Positions 25,188 through 38,854 of a DNA stretch of 64,000 bases are shown here, one piece after another. The first letter of the stretch is position 1; each line of letters begins with the position of its first letter. Under the pieces are notes generated by a model. The model was not told where the DNA came from. It saw only the letters and a list, made by a program, of their open reading frames with translations, and ran no database searches. The DNA lies in NCBI GenBank assembly GCA_030141605.1, contig JAQGDQ010000757.1:37364-101363 (forward strand), given 5' to 3'. The translations under genes and the position numbers were made by a program. Source of the stretch: Tubiluchus corallicola. Its lineage: Eukaryota > Animalia > Priapulida.

Positions 25188-26553
25188 GTAATTTGCTAAG
25201 TAAAAAATAAAGAAATAGGTCAAAAAAATTTCCAATTACATATTATGTAGTAATGTAGTATTTATATGGGTGTTTAGTAACTTTGTACAAGTCCAAATGC
25301 ATGTGGCAAGCTGGGAACTTAAGGTTATTAAGTCTATCCCTTTAAGGTGAGGCATATAATTAGAATTAGCATAATTGTTTTAGCCATATTCAGGAGTAAA
25401 TGCATTTTCCATCTACGAGGTAAAACAGCCAAAATCAGCATAGCAAATTTAATCACCCAGAGTGAGTATTGAACTCAACAATTACTCTTCCATTCACTAA
25501 TTGGCCTTGGCATCATTCTTAACGTTCGTCTCCAAGTCTATGTCGTGACCACTTGCTGTACTGTCACCTCGAAATTAAACTGGAATTAACTTTTTGCTAC
25601 TTGTACAGTAAATAACCTTTATTTTTTTCTTTATATTTTTTCTTGTTTAGATTGAAATTGATGCTGTAAGCCCCAAAGAAATTTTGTTCTTGAAGCAATA
25701 TGCACACAATCCTACTATTTAACTGAATATCTTGTCTTATCTCAAAGTGAAATTTCCAATGTGTTGATATTACTTTGGTTGGCTATACATGAAGATTTTG
25801 TATGGTTTGGTTGTATTTCTAATCTTTTCAGCTCTTTAAGAAGGAAATTTAAGGTAACATTTTCCATAAATCATTGGCAGACCTACCATTGTCAAATTAA
25901 GTTTGAGGTTACAACTGATTTGATCCTCTTTCACGATTTATAAAAAAATACTAAGTTTACATTCATTGGACATGCATTTGTAGCATAACAAAAATGGTGG
26001 CAGAATACATATGTTGGGGTTTAGTTAGTTGGGAGTAAGTAATTGTAAAAAAACATGCTTGAAACTAAAACAGTAACCTTTATGCTATAAAGATTTCCAA
26101 AAATTTCGTAAAGAATATCAGCTAAGGCTTTTTAAAATCATGTTATCCTGAGGTTTGACTCTCAACTGGCATGTTCTCTGAGGGTTGACAAAGCAGTGGA
26201 TGACATCACGGCCTGCCAAAGATAATGTTAGCATCATCAGATTTTAGATTTAAGAGTCTCATTGAGGGTGACACTAACAAAGGACAAAAACCCAATGACA
26301 ATACCTAAGATCTGCAAAAACACGTCATTTGGCAGGCACGCACAGGTGTAGAGATACAACATGTCCAAAATCCGACAAAATGATCACATGGCTTTGGCTT
26401 TTTGTAACTTATAACTTTGGCCTTTACATAAAACCAGTGATTCAGCCAATCTCAGGTAAGCTTCTTGTTTCAACATGGGGTCCACAATATTAGGTTGGCT
26501 AGTATATTCTCATCTATTCACTTCAATAACTTCAATATTTTCCTCATCCACAG

Positions 26554-26759
26554 GAGATGAAGTTGGATGTTGAACTAAAAGCACACGTGGTGGAGAGAGC
26601 CATGGAAGCTGTGTATCAGTTATCAGCAGCTGCAGAAACAATACATATATCCGGTGCAAATGAAGCCATGAGATGTATGCAGGAACAGGTGCAAGTGCTA
26701 AATGAGAGTTACATTGAGGCTGCAGCTTTGTTAGCTACTAGAGAACAGGTGGTAGAAAG
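26554..26759 (+). CDS. SYNE1: Exon: spectrin repeat
   Basis: cacag / gtaagt; phase 0-2. Confidence 0.85.
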
Positions 26760-27530
26760 GTAAGTCTAGTTACTTTGTTTTTTATAAATTAAGCACAGGT
26801 TTTATTGCTGTTTACGTATTTAACATATTACTTTATTGAAGGGCAAATATATTACTATATTTACTGCTACAGGAAACAGTTATTGCAAGTATCATTGTTA
26901 CCAAAATCAAAACATTTTCTGTGGATTTCAATGCGTTAATTCTATTTCTCTTTGCTTGCAAAATGGTGTGCTAATAATTCGTCTCTTAATGTCTGAGTAA
27001 GATATCAAGTATTAAAATTCGCTGGCTAGCATTTAGGCATTTGAAATAAACCATCACAAGATATGTCATAATGAAGTGAGAATAAATGGCATAGGAGAAA
27101 CACTTTTTTGCTTTTGATTTCTTATAAACTTTTGATTGAATAAATCAATTAATAAAGATATAGACTCAGGAGAAATGTCGGAACAGAGTTTGGATTCGTG
27201 CCAAGATCAAATTCCGACTCTGTCCAAACTTTCAGTTTTTTTTTCAGATGGGTTTAACTCGTGTAGATTTAAACTTGTATAAGTTACAGCAAGTCTAGAT
27301 TGAATTATTTGTTTGTCTTCAGAAACTCAGTAAGCTATTTCAATCAGGCAGTTTTCGTTAATGTTTAGTTAGTGTCATATAAGGTTTCTGGACCGCAATT
27401 AGTTTTGAGGAAGTTAATTTATTGCTATAAAATAAGGCATAGGCAATTAAACAGATGTTTTAGCTATTCAGAATAGATGCTCCTGTACATCGTAAGAGAT
27501 TACTGCTTTAAAAATTATTTTCTGTATTAG

Positions 27531-27673
27531 ATTTGTAGATGTTTGCAAAGAAAAAAGAGAACTACAAGAAAAACTGAAACTAAAGTCTGAATTATTAGAC
27601 ATGCGGGAACCACCACAGATACAACCCGCTGAACATTCCGAAGTTATCTTACAGGAAATAACTACAATTAAGG
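27531..27673 (+). CDS. SYNE1: Exon: spectrin repeat (not in ORF track)
   Basis: FVDVCKEKRELQEKLKLKSELL; phase 2-1. Confidence 0.78.
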
Positions 27674-28227
27674 GTAACTAACATTAATTATGTTTTTTTT
27701 GGGGCCCAAACCCTCAGTCCTGTCACATGTTGTCGTCATTGTCATTATCGTTGTTGTTGTCATTGTCGTCATCATTGTTGTTGTGGACACACTCAGCAAT
27801 TGCTGTACATGCTGTCCATCTTGTTAAATGCTATCCATACAAGCTCTCTGTAATAGATTCTAGTTTGGCAAATAGTTCTGGCAACTCCTCAGCTTTACTC
27901 AGTGTACAGTGTGTTTTCCAAGCAACATTTTTATTACATATTTTTATTTCTTTAGACATATGCAAATCAGTGTATCCAATATTTACAGTGTGACTCAAAG
28001 CATATTTACTACAGTAACAACTAATCTTTGCTAAAAATCTTTGCTGAATACTTTAGTATGCATGTAGTCAGAAGTAACTCTAATTGATTTTTGTATTATA
28101 ATAGAACTGTTTTGTCTGCTATATTACTTTGAAAGATGTAGCAGGTTTTGTCATGTAATTTTATAACATCCTTACCAACCAATTATGTCAGTGCATAATT
28201 TTGCCACTTTACTATTTTTTTATGCAG

Positions 28228-28375
28228 ATAAGTTATTTAATTTGGAGAAGCTAGAGGTTGACATAAAAACTCAGATGGTTGAAGAGGCAAAGATGAAAGT
28301 TCTTTCACCAGCAGCAGTCCATGAACAACAACAGCTCACTGTGGTTGTAGAAGAAAAACTTGAAACAGAAGTTAG
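28228..28375 (+). CDS. SYNE1: Exon: helical segment
   Basis: atgcag / gtgaga; phase 1-2. Confidence 0.8.
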
Positions 28376-29140
28376 GTGAGAATGCCATACAATCCACATT
28401 GCACCATGATGATTACAATTACTGAAACTTTCTCCTTTGAGTTTTTAATAGCTAGAAGAACATTTAAATTGTTGGCATGTGTAAATGTGAAAATGTACCA
28501 TTTTAAAGACACTGTCTCATTTTAACTTGAATTCCACTTGTACAACCCTTAGAGGAATAGGATATTTATGATGCAAAATATTTCCAGTCGTAATAACAGT
28601 GTTATTAATAATTGACATATGTTTGCACATGAGCTGTACTGGCTTACTAAAGGAAAAAACCACCTACATAGTTTTTTGTACGAAGAAATTTGTCGGACTT
28701 TGTATTACGTTGTAACTAAATAATGTAAATGTTCTTGGAATTATAACTAACAAAATAATTTATGAATTGCACTGTTATCACATGTAATATGTGCAAATAA
28801 GATTGTGTATATGAAATCTACATGGTCTGATAAAACACTGTAGCATACGTTTAGTTGAATTAAAATAAAATCTAAGGAAATAATTAACCAAAATTCTGTA
28901 AATTAAGTTAAATATTTTAATTCAAAAGGAATAGCTCAGTGGTAGTGGTATCTGTGCTGACCAAATATACTTAATTAGTAATTAATTACTTTTCGGTAAG
29001 AACAGCATTTATATACTTTTTTAATCTTAATAGATATCACCTGGTTTACCAGGATTTGATCCTTGCGTCAGATTTGCTGAAACGTCTAAAGAGCATTTAT
29101 TTGTGTTTAAACATTTTCTCAAATCTCATGTCGTTTCTAG

Positions 29141-29327
29141 ACCTGACGAAGAAGTTGCAACATTGAAACAAGAATCTTTCGATGAAGCTGTTGCAATCAG
29201 CCAGAAGTGTGAAGAGTTGTACAACGATTTGTTGCCATGGCTACAACAACAGAAGTTGAAGATACTTTCTTCCATTCCATCAGAAGCATCATTGCAGCAT
29301 CATAAGCATTGTCTTCAGATTAACCAG
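29141..29327 (+). CDS. SYNE1: Exon: spectrin repeat
   Basis: tctag / gttgta; phase 2-0; LLPWLQQQ. Confidence 0.82.
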
Positions 29328-29443
29328 GTTGTACACTTGATGAGCACGATCTAAAAATTAAACAATTTTGTAATGTCATGAAATTTTAGCTATAGTTTAT
29401 CTCCATTTTATTAATTCGAACACATTGTTCTCCTTACAAAATT

Positions 29444-29749
29444 TTAATAAAGCCTTGAAAAAACAAACATACATTCATGCACAGTTGGCACAAATGCTTA
29501 TCGGTAACTGGTAAATTTCTGAAGTCTAGAAATTGTTTTCTTCGTCATCTCTTCAGTAAAAACTGCAGAAAAGCATTGCATAACAAAAATCAATGTGTCT
29601 TGATGTTTTTAATGAATTTTGCACTGTTTACTGAAGAGACCAGATAAAAACTGCATTTAGATTTTTGTAAATATACTGTTACATAATTGTAACAATTATG
29701 TGCCAATTACTCTGTGTAAGAAGATGTTTATTTTTCAAAGTTTTATTAA
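29444..29749. mobile_element. Foldback/palindromic MITE-like element
   Basis: Nested inverted matches ttgaaaaaacaaacat/atgtttatttttcaa, ttggcac/gtgccaa and tctcttcagtaaa/tttactgaagaga; TTAA at both ends. Confidence 0.7.
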
Positions 29750-31126
29750 CTGTTGTGAATAAGTTTTTCATTTGTTAAGTTCAACCTATGGCCACTATAC
29801 CCTATTCTGGTGTGCATAGTGTATTGCTTGACAACTATTGCGTTATGGGACACTCTGCATCACTCTGACTGAATCACATCAAATATGAAGTGCAGCTTCA
29901 TAAATAAGGTTTATGAGACGAAATACAGTTTTACTTTCTGATTGGTTAATGATTTCTAGAGTGTAACAGATATTTGAGATGCCTGCAGTATTATTCGCAA
30001 AGCATTTGAAATAATTTTCATCGTTTTATCATAAAAATTAAAGCTGCAGTGTATCCAGGGAACAAGTTTTAAAGGTAGCAGAATGCCAGCTATTTGGCAG
30101 CATCAAAGTTGATATGACGATATGAATTTTTCGTTATTTGAGTCCATGTAGAAATATAAAATCTGCCACAGAACAAATTAACAAAGGACCAATGCTTTCA
30201 TACATCCAATAGGAAAGGCAGCCAAGTTTACTTGTATTATGAGCTAAAATTAATTTTGCGTTCTAAGCACATGAAATACGTCAACATTATTCAATTTCTG
30301 GTCATTATATTTACATTACTGATTTCAACATTTGTTAATCAGATAGTGAACGCAATTGACATAAATTACCAAATTAGCCCTTCCACTACGGAAAGCGCCT
30401 CACTGCAAACCTACGTTTTTAGTGCAAGGGACAGAAGGCAGTGGACTGCTGCCCGAGCTTAACACTAGCGCAATTACCCGGGTCTGTTTATTTTGCTGCT
30501 ACGGTCATGCAAAAACATTGTAGAAAAGTTTACCAGGAAGTGGGATTTGGGTTGCTTTGCTAATCAGTCAATCAGCATCTGAAGCCATGTGTATTCAACA
30601 CAGTACTGTACTGTATTGTATGTTCTCATGCAAAATCACTTGTTGATGGTTATTTGCATTGAAACGTATGTTTAGTTGCTTGTTCTGCATTTCTTATAAA
30701 ATGATTGCAAGCCATATTATGGATTAGTAATAATAACTTTTGTGAAAATTGGTTCGTAATTATAAGTACGTGCTTATTTGTGTGAGTGGTGTGCACATGT
30801 GTGCATGTGTGAGTGCATGAATGTGTGCCTGTGTACAAATGAAAGAAACATTCAATATTAGTGTTTAATAACTAATGAATATTTGTTTCTTAACAAGATT
30901 TTGTTTTAGTAACACACCACAAGAAGTTATTGTGAAATGTGCAAAAGCCATTTCAGTCCAGTTAAAGAGCAACTGCTTCGTGAGAAGACTAAGTAGTAGT
31001 GCTTTTTTATTGACTTAATATCTTTTACTAAAATAAATGTGTAAGCAGGTATAATTATAGAAGTTTATTTTTTAAGCAATGTATCAGGATTAAAGTAAAT
31101 ATCATTTGTTTGATTTATTTTTTAAG

Positions 31127-31447
31127 GCTATACGGACTGAACTTGTAGCAAAAGAGGAGTGTTTCAATAATTTTAAAGCTACATGTGATCAACTAAAACA
31201 GTGCATGGCTGAAAATTATCCCCAAGTAGATGAAATTGTTTCCGCGGTCCAGTCCACGTGGATCGATGTTGAGACGATTAATAGGATGATCGTAGATGTA
31301 GCGTTCATCGTGGTCGAGAGCTGGATGCAGTTCTCCCAAACTTACAAAAGTTTGATTGCCAATCTTGAGTCTGTTGAGGCTGAGTTTGCTGTAGAACAGC
31401 CTCTGGACCATCCCTCAAGCATTTCTGCTGTGCAGAATATATTACAG
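31127..31447 (+). CDS. SYNE1: Exon: spectrin repeat
   Basis: ttaag / gtaagt; VQSTWIDV...ESWMQF. Confidence 0.85.
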
Positions 31448-32012
31448 GTAAGTTAACGTATTTGTCTTTTGTGTATTATATAGATCTATAGATTCTAGGG
31501 TAATAATATAACTTTCATAGTTTCATGCTAAGTAATGACTTTTTTTAACAGTTGACATGGCAGAATATTATGCTTTATAATTATTACAAGGCATAACAGT
31601 TTTTTTAGGAATGCACTCGATCTAAAGAAATTCCTTTCTGGATTTCACATGTAGTTTTTTTTAGCCTCACAGGTAACTGGAATGGCCGGCTTAACGTTTA
31701 TCTTAGGATATTCCAGAGAACTAGACCTAAACTCGTAATGCTCCCATTGTCGCTGTTTTAAACCTCACTGCTATCCGCATAGTTGCTTGAACAGTATTAC
31801 AAAGAAGCCAGAAACGAATATTACATATAGCTATAGTATTAAAGTATAACTAGTTCTAAGACTTGAACTACATATCTATGTAGCTACTGCTTTTATATAT
31901 TTTGGATTCTTGTCATTACAAAAAGTGCCTTATGAAATTTGCCATTTGCTGTACACAGAGATAAATAAAATAGAAGTGCATAAAAAGAATGTTGGTTATG
32001 TGATAGTTATTT

Positions 32013-32238
32013 TACAAGTGAACTGCATTTCTCATATACAAATATAAGCAAACTTGAAACTTATTTGCATACATAGAACTTGAAGCTGATATACTAACAC
32101 AAGTGAACTTGAAACTCATGTACATATACAAGTGAATTTCAATGCTCATATACAAATACAAGCGAACTTCAAACTGATATACAAATACAAGTGAATGCCA
32201 AGTACTCGTATACAAGTTACCAAAGTGCCAAGAACTCA
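32013..32238. repeat. Degenerate minisatellite of about 29 bp (tacaagtgaacttgaaactcatatacaaa-like)
   Basis: About 7 diverged tandem copies just upstream of an exon acceptor. Confidence 0.75.
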
Positions 32239-32266
32239 TTTTAAAAATGGATAATTTTTCTTACAG

Positions 32267-32477
32267 AATATTGATATCAAGCTTCAGTCCTTACTGCCTG
32301 AGATTAATCTAACAAAAAATGCTGGCAATAAAGTACTTGAATATGTAAAGACAATGCCAAATGCGGACATGTCTATAGCCGATGAGGTATGCCAGAGTAT
32401 TAAGCATGAACATGAGTCTGCCAACCAGCGCTGGAGTGATGCTTATGACATGCTAAAAGTCAAGTCCGATGAATTAA
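32267..32477 (+). CDS. SYNE1: Exon: spectrin repeat (not in ORF track)
   Basis: NIDIKLQSLLPEINLTKNAG...ANQRWSDAY; phase 0-1. Confidence 0.83.
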
Positions 32478-33631
32478 GTAAGAGAAGTTCCGTTTTATTT
32501 TTCATTGGGCTGTCTCTGTGATACTGTGTCAGCTTACAAACTGCTACATATGCATTTTCTATGGGACGTCAAGCAGCACATTTATAAATTCTATTAGCTA
32601 TTGGGCACATCTTTGTCCGTACAACATTGCTTAACACATCAGTTATCTGTTGCCCTTGCATTACCGTCCCTCTTTTCCTTCCCTTTTTCTTATCCAACCC
32701 GTTTGGTTTTTGTTTTTTTATAAGGTGGTCTTGCTGACAGTATTGCCATGCCAAGGTCTCCTCAATCTAATTTGTTATTAAGTATTATTAGTTACTTTGC
32801 CATATGTGTGCTTTTTTCACATAGACTCGATGATTGTAATAAAATAAAATAAAATAAAATGAAACTTGAAACTTGAAAAAACTTGGAGCTAGTATGGGTT
32901 TGCCGCAGCACATATGTATCTGCAAATGCGGTAAGTCATTGATAAGCAAACAGCAGGAGGGGTACAGTTTTCTGTGATCATTAAATGCATATTACTTCAA
33001 CTAACTCTTCTGAAGGCATACAGACATTTGTGGAATTTACCAACTGACTCCATCTTGTTAAGGCCTCAACTAATTTCTGGCAACCTGTACGAAATGGAGA
33101 ATTTTTCTCACAAATAATGTACCAAGCTACACAGTGAAGTAATAGGATTAGGAACACCAAGTTAGTGGAACTCGGCCTAACCTTAGGATCACAAAGGTTT
33201 ATTAGTGATGTTCTTACTGTCATTGAATCCCACCATTAATATTGTAAGCATTCACTATTAGTGATGCTGCACTTACACATTAGTGGAGTGATATCTGCAT
33301 CCGCTGTATCACTGTCATTGATGCAAATTGATCTTGCATTTTTATTTGAAATCTTTTGTCAGCAGATATTTATATTTTTTTAGATCATATATTCGTATGT
33401 ATGTGTGTAATCAATCAGGTAGTTAATAGATTAGGTGAAAAAACTTGAGAATTTCAAAATTTACTAGGATATTCATAATTTGTAAACAGTAAATTATTTT
33501 ATAATTTGTTATTATATTTTGTAATTTGGTTACAATATGATTTATGATTAATAAACACTTTTGAGATTCTGGTTTAATAAATTTTATTTTGTATTTATAG
33601 TTTAAAAATGCTGATTTCTTTTTTCTCACAG

Positions 33632-33774
33632 ATAAAGCTGCAGAATTGTGGCAAAAAATTACGGATCTTCAAAATGCCATCTTTTCCTCACTCAACGAAA
33701 GCATCGAGAAAATGACTAATTGCTTAGATCACTTCGATCCGTTTGCATCTGAACGCGTCCTCAAAGCTTTTGAT
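33632..33774 (+). CDS. SYNE1: Exon: spectrin repeat (not in ORF track)
   Basis: KAAELWQKITDLQNAI; phase 1-0. Confidence 0.82.
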
Positions 33775-34211
33775 GTACGTGTATTTTAAGACATTTTACA
33801 TTAAATTTAATGTTATTCATTTTTTATTGTTAAAGTAATTGTATAAATTTATATGCTAAAATGAACATAAAGAGTACTGTTTTTATTGAAGATGTTTTAT
33901 ACAGTAATAACATTCTTCATAAGTGTGTGAAGTACATTAAAATATTCAAAAAATTATTAAATTATGTCTGTAAATTGAACAGATGTGTTGCTTTACCAGT
34001 GCATTATTAAGGAGAACAATTTGGCAGAACCAAGAGTATCTTGTTATATGCTTACTGATTTTGCTGATCGATACCTTTCGATTGATAATAGTTGAAAACT
34101 ACAGGGCTTCATTGAGGTTAATTTCTAGTGCTAATGAAAGTAGTTAATTAGTTCACAGAAGTCTAGAAAGCTCAGTAAAGCTACTATATTACTAAATATT
34201 CGATTTTTTAG

Positions 34212-34385
34212 AGCGACAAGTCTTTCGTCGAAGAACAGAAAGGGGAGCTGATAAGTAGTTGTGAGGCATTGAAGGCATTTAACAGTGATCAACACATTCC
34301 AGAACTGACGAACATTCAACATGACGCAGAAGAAAAGTGTGAGGAACTTGAAAAACTTGCATCCGAAGTGGAGCATCAGCTTCTG
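34212..34385 (+). CDS. SYNE1: Exon: spectrin repeat (not in ORF track)
   Basis: SDKSFVEEQKGELISSCEAL...EVEHQLL; ttag / gtaaca. Confidence 0.8.
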
Positions 34386-35116
34386 GTAACAACTGATGTT
34401 GGGTTTATGTTTTCCATACAAGAACCAGTTTGAACTAATAACTGACTTGAATTGAGAAAAAGGGAGCAAACAAACTGTTCATTCTTATGCACTTTGCACA
34501 CAGCAAGTCAGCACTCAACTGCGGGGCTTATTCAATGAGATTTTGTGGCTTGACTGGATGCTAACTCATTAACAGTGATATCCAGCTAAAATGAGCCACT
34601 GAACCAGCACATGGTCTTAGCTATGTTCAGATGTGTATGTGTCCCTTACGAGTTAAACAGCCATAATCAGCTTTACAAGTGTAACCATCCAGAGTTAGAA
34701 TCGAAGCAGCTCACTTCACTGTCCAGCCTTGGCAAAATGTGCACCATTCATCCACCACAGTGACATCGAGATCGCCAAAGCATGTGCCTCGCTTTGTGCT
34801 TAATAGCATTGAGCCATTTTGCGTTTGAGTCACAAAAAAGTTAAAAGTGCACATGATTTTCTGCAATTGTGTGTGGTTTTTTTTATACATTTTTTTACGT
34901 GATACCTAGGTGAAGAGACTATGGTCAGTCCAAGATTATAAAGAGGGTGAATTCCTAGTTGGGACAACCTTAAGCATTATTAGTTTTTGTTTTAATTTAG
35001 TTTGATGAATGTAAGGATCTGCGAACATGTGTGGCACGGTCAAAATGTTACACATACTTAGTAGTTTTCATTAAAATAGGAATCATTTGGAGACATTTTT
35101 TAAATGTTTTTTGCAG

Positions 35117-35257
35117 ATGTATTCGCCTAGTTTACGCGCCTTGCAAGTGCACATTGATGTACAAAATTCATGGCTTACGGATTTAGAGAGAAGCATGCCA
35201 CCTGCTGTAACGCTTGGCTCTCCACGAGAACTTGTTGAGAAGATTTTGACCTGCAGG
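35117..35257 (+). CDS. SYNE1: Exon: spectrin repeat (not in ORF track)
   Basis: MYSPSLRALQVHIDVQNSWLTDLE; ttgcag / gtacat. Confidence 0.78.
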
Positions 35258-35383
35258 GTACATTAATGTTTTTTCTGTTTTGAAGATCTTGAAACATAAT
35301 TAAATTTTTCGACATTGTATTACACAATGTGTATTATGTGTATTACGTGTATTATGTGTATTACACAATGTGTAATATGTGTA

Positions 35384-36077
35384 TTACACATATTCAAACT
35401 TTTGACCACTAAATTTAACCGAATCCCTTTTCTGCACGACAGTCTTACTGCGTTGTTGCCAACGTTGCGGATTAACAGCTTTGTAATCAGTACGTTTACG
35501 TGCAGTAGATTTAGCATACTGTATTTTATGAACCGGTTTAGCATCACTAGCACTGGCTACCATTGCTTTACTCTGTAGTTCTGTCGCTTCCAAAGTGCGG
35601 CCAAATTTGTGCAAATCAGCTAAAGTCATATTAGGTTCTGTTAGACCCTTCTGTCTGACTTTCGGCAACTGACTTTTTTGAATTATCTGTGATTTAATTT
35701 CTCTATCAGTGTCATTAAAGTTACAATTCTTTGCAAGTAATTTTAGTCTCGCGTGAAATTTATCTAGTGACTCATTTGCTGCTTGGACCTTTTGACGAAA
35801 TACAAACACTTCATACTCCACATTACGCTGTGGTGCATAGTACTCTGTTAGCAGACGTGAAGTGTCAGCAAAACTCGTATCCTCAACTATCCCCAGTGAC
35901 TCACTTAGTTCGAAAACCTCCTTCCCTGCGTAGTGGAGAAGCATAGCCTTTTTCCTGACATCATTTTCAATGCCTTTCGCTAAGACGAAATTATTAACTG
36001 CGAAGCCACCTGTCCCATCGTGCTGCTGCAGAATCGTGAGGTTCTTGCATAGATGGCGGTAGATTCTCGTGATCCAT
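35384..36077 (-). pseudogene. Gypsy gag pseudogene (frameshift near 36000, truncated before zinc knuckle and pol)
   Basis: The ATG after the PBS gives MDHENLPPS...ARWDRWLR, then shifts frame into NNFVLAKGI. Confidence 0.75.
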
Positions 36078-36292
36078 ACTAGTTTACCTCGTCGCCACAA
36101 AATGACGAGTTCTAGGGTATAATTAAGATAACGAGTAGATTGCTTTAACTTAATAGAAAAATACAACTTTATTCAAGTTTTGCCAACGGACAAGGTCAAC
36201 TGAAACTCTGACAAAAAAGCACGCAATGCCCGAAATACGAAACGAAACACAACAACTCTCAGTAGGTAGTTATGGCAAATTATATTATTACA
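35384..36292 (-). mobile_element. Truncated Ty3/Gypsy (Mag-like) LTR retrotransposon: 5' LTR, PBS and partial gag
   Basis: PBS TGGCGACGAG at 36097-36088; putative LTR of about 190 bp (TGT...TCA) with AATAAA; gag motifs KKAMLLHYAG, YYAPQRNVEYEVFVFRQ and LAKNCNF. Confidence 0.85.
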
Positions 36293-38141
36293 CATATCAG
36301 AAGTCTGTTATGATTTACTTTAATTAATTTTGTGAACGTAGACACCTTGAATCAATCGTTTTCTCATTTACGTTACAGTGCTGCATGGCGTGTTTTTATA
36401 CACTTGGACACATTTAGGCATTAAAGGCAGGGAGATATTTGTGGCAAGACTGGAGCCTAGCTCATTATCGAGGATATCTCTCATTATCAAGGAGAGGTGC
36501 CACAGCCGCATTAGTATATATATATATATATATATATATCCCTTTATGTGGCAAACAGCCCAGATTTGTGAATGATACCGCCCAGAATGAGCATCAAACT
36601 CCGGCAGCCACTTGCCATTCCCACAGGAAGTGCTGCTATCACTCAGCCGTAAAGTCTCCTACATCTATTTTAATAAGTTTACTATTTTATTTTCATTTCA
36701 TTGCATTCTAATTATTTATTGGAAATTGAAGAATTTTGACAATTACAGCCATCGATATCTTGAGTTTTGTAACTATTTTGGGTGGAACTTTTTTAGGTTG
36801 TTTCTTTATTGCCCAAGTAACCAACATTTGATTAAACTTAATGAATGATAAAATGCATTATTTTTAAATATAAATGTCAGTTTGAGTACTACAAAATTTG
36901 AAATTTTTCCACCCTTTTCAAAGTTTTGCATTCAAATGAGCTGTAAGCTCAAATTAATACTTTGCATATAAAATTACTTCATTCCTGTGTTATGTGAGCA
37001 ACTAATCTCACACCTTGTGTTTAAAATTAAACGTACTTTCAATTTTAGAATTCCCAACCTTGCGTTCATAATGTCCTGTACGTTCAATCTTATATTTTAC
37101 ATTTAAAACCAGATGAATTTTTAATCTTATACTTTCAAAATATGTAGAACATTCATTTTATGCTTTGTGTGTGCCTGATAAGTTGCACTTTTGCTTATTC
37201 TCAAATAAGATTCAAATTTAAAAAAAATAATTTTTATAAATGCACTTATAAAGTCTATTCCCCTACTTACTTTTGTCTTTGAAGATCATTATGGTACTAT
37301 ATGCGTAATTACCAGTATACATCATATGTATATACATCATATATAGATATATAGATGTATATATACATCTTATAAGTATATAAAATATGTAGTTATTACT
37401 GCTTGTTGCTGTGCTGACAGATTATCAGATAATTCAAATTCATATCTATCTAAATTTATTCACTATTCATGGCTCACTCAATTATGTTTTCCCTTCTCAA
37501 CTTTCAAAGTTTTATTGCTCTTGTTGCTATTGCTATTAATACACCCTCCTCAATTACAGGTGAGTGTGTAAGTGACCAAATGATCGTACATGCTCCTCAC
37601 ACTATTTAAAAATTGTTTTATTTCAAATTTCATTAATGTGTCTGATATGTATTTCTGATGTGTGAGATCACATTGGAAAGAGTTAAGTAGTCAAGAAGTG
37701 GAAAAAACAAGTAGCAAATTGAAATGATACTTGACGTGTTGTGTTACTAATTAACTGGATATGCTATGGCATAACTGGCATAACTATGCACCTGTATACT
37801 CTGGAAGCAAAGATACTCTGGGCCCTTGTTGTGATAACAACTGTCAAGAGGGACCAAATTAATGCATCATTACATTTACTAGTCACTTGTCAGCATTAAA
37901 TCATGGAGAAAAAGCAAACTGTGACAGTTTTACATAAATGATTTTAAAAATTGTAGTAGTCCATCTGTATGCCCAAAAATGTTACCTTTGAATGCTAGGG
38001 CACACTGGATTATTTTCAAGAGGTGTCCCAAAAGTGTAGTTACTCTGCTGTTGTTAACATCTTTCTACTAGCTTGGGCAGTGTCTGTTTTATCATTGGAG
38101 AATCAAATAACTGTATTTGCTTTAATTTTGCAAACTTTCAG

Positions 38142-38306
38142 GAAATATCTGTAGAATTAGACTCTCGATGTGATGTGTTTGATCAGTTTGCAAAGACAGC
38201 TGAAGACCTTCCTAGTGAGTTCCCAGAAACTGATGTTAACCATTTCATTCAGGACATAACTGCCTTGAAAGAACTTTATGATTCAATTTGCATTAATATA
38301 AGTCAG
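38142..38306 (+). CDS. SYNE1: Exon: spectrin repeat
   Basis: tttcag / gtaggt. Confidence 0.83.
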
Positions 38307-38854
38307 GTAGGTTCACAACTGCGAGTATTGTTACTTTAAATAATTTTTAATTATTTATTAGCTAATTAGATTTTGATACAGGTTGACTGTGATTCCTCGA
38401 TGGTTCGCCCTCTAGTGGCGATTTGAAAATTAGGAATACCTCTAGTTTGAAAATTTGGAGTACCTCTGTGTTTAATGGTTAGCCTAGCTGCACAGAAAAC
38501 AGAAGGTCTTTGGTTTGAGTGAACATTTAAATTTTGCACTGCTTTGTGTATTTATTCGATTACCTTAGTAATTAACTTTTGTAATTAACTTTCTTATGGG
38601 TAAATTTGTTTGTGTTGTTCTGGTTAGCATAGCTTTTTGCTTTGCGTTTAAATGTGCACTCTGTTGTAAACATTTTTCAATGACTTTTAGGAGCTCTTAC
38701 CAACTTCATGTACTAGCAAACTAGAAAGCCTGAAAAGTTTGTTACTTTGTTGGGATGAAATGAATGCTAATAGTTATTTACTAATTCTGCGTAGATAAGG
38801 GTTTTTTGTTAAAATAATGGATTACTTGGTAAAAAATGTCTATATTTTCTTCAG

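Noticed and set aside
30380-30600. GC-richer intronic patch, possible exon or regulatory element
   Set aside because: No phase-compatible splice pair and no spectrin-like translation, so I cannot support it.
35001-35038. Possible micro-exon (tttag|TTTGATGAA...CG|gtcaaa)
   Set aside because: Its phase is incompatible with the next exon, and the flanking exons already join in frame.
35384-36166. 260-aa ORF as a domesticated gag gene
   Set aside because: The ORF-track N-terminus runs through the LTR and PBS. The true ATG frame is frameshifted and the 3' end is truncated.
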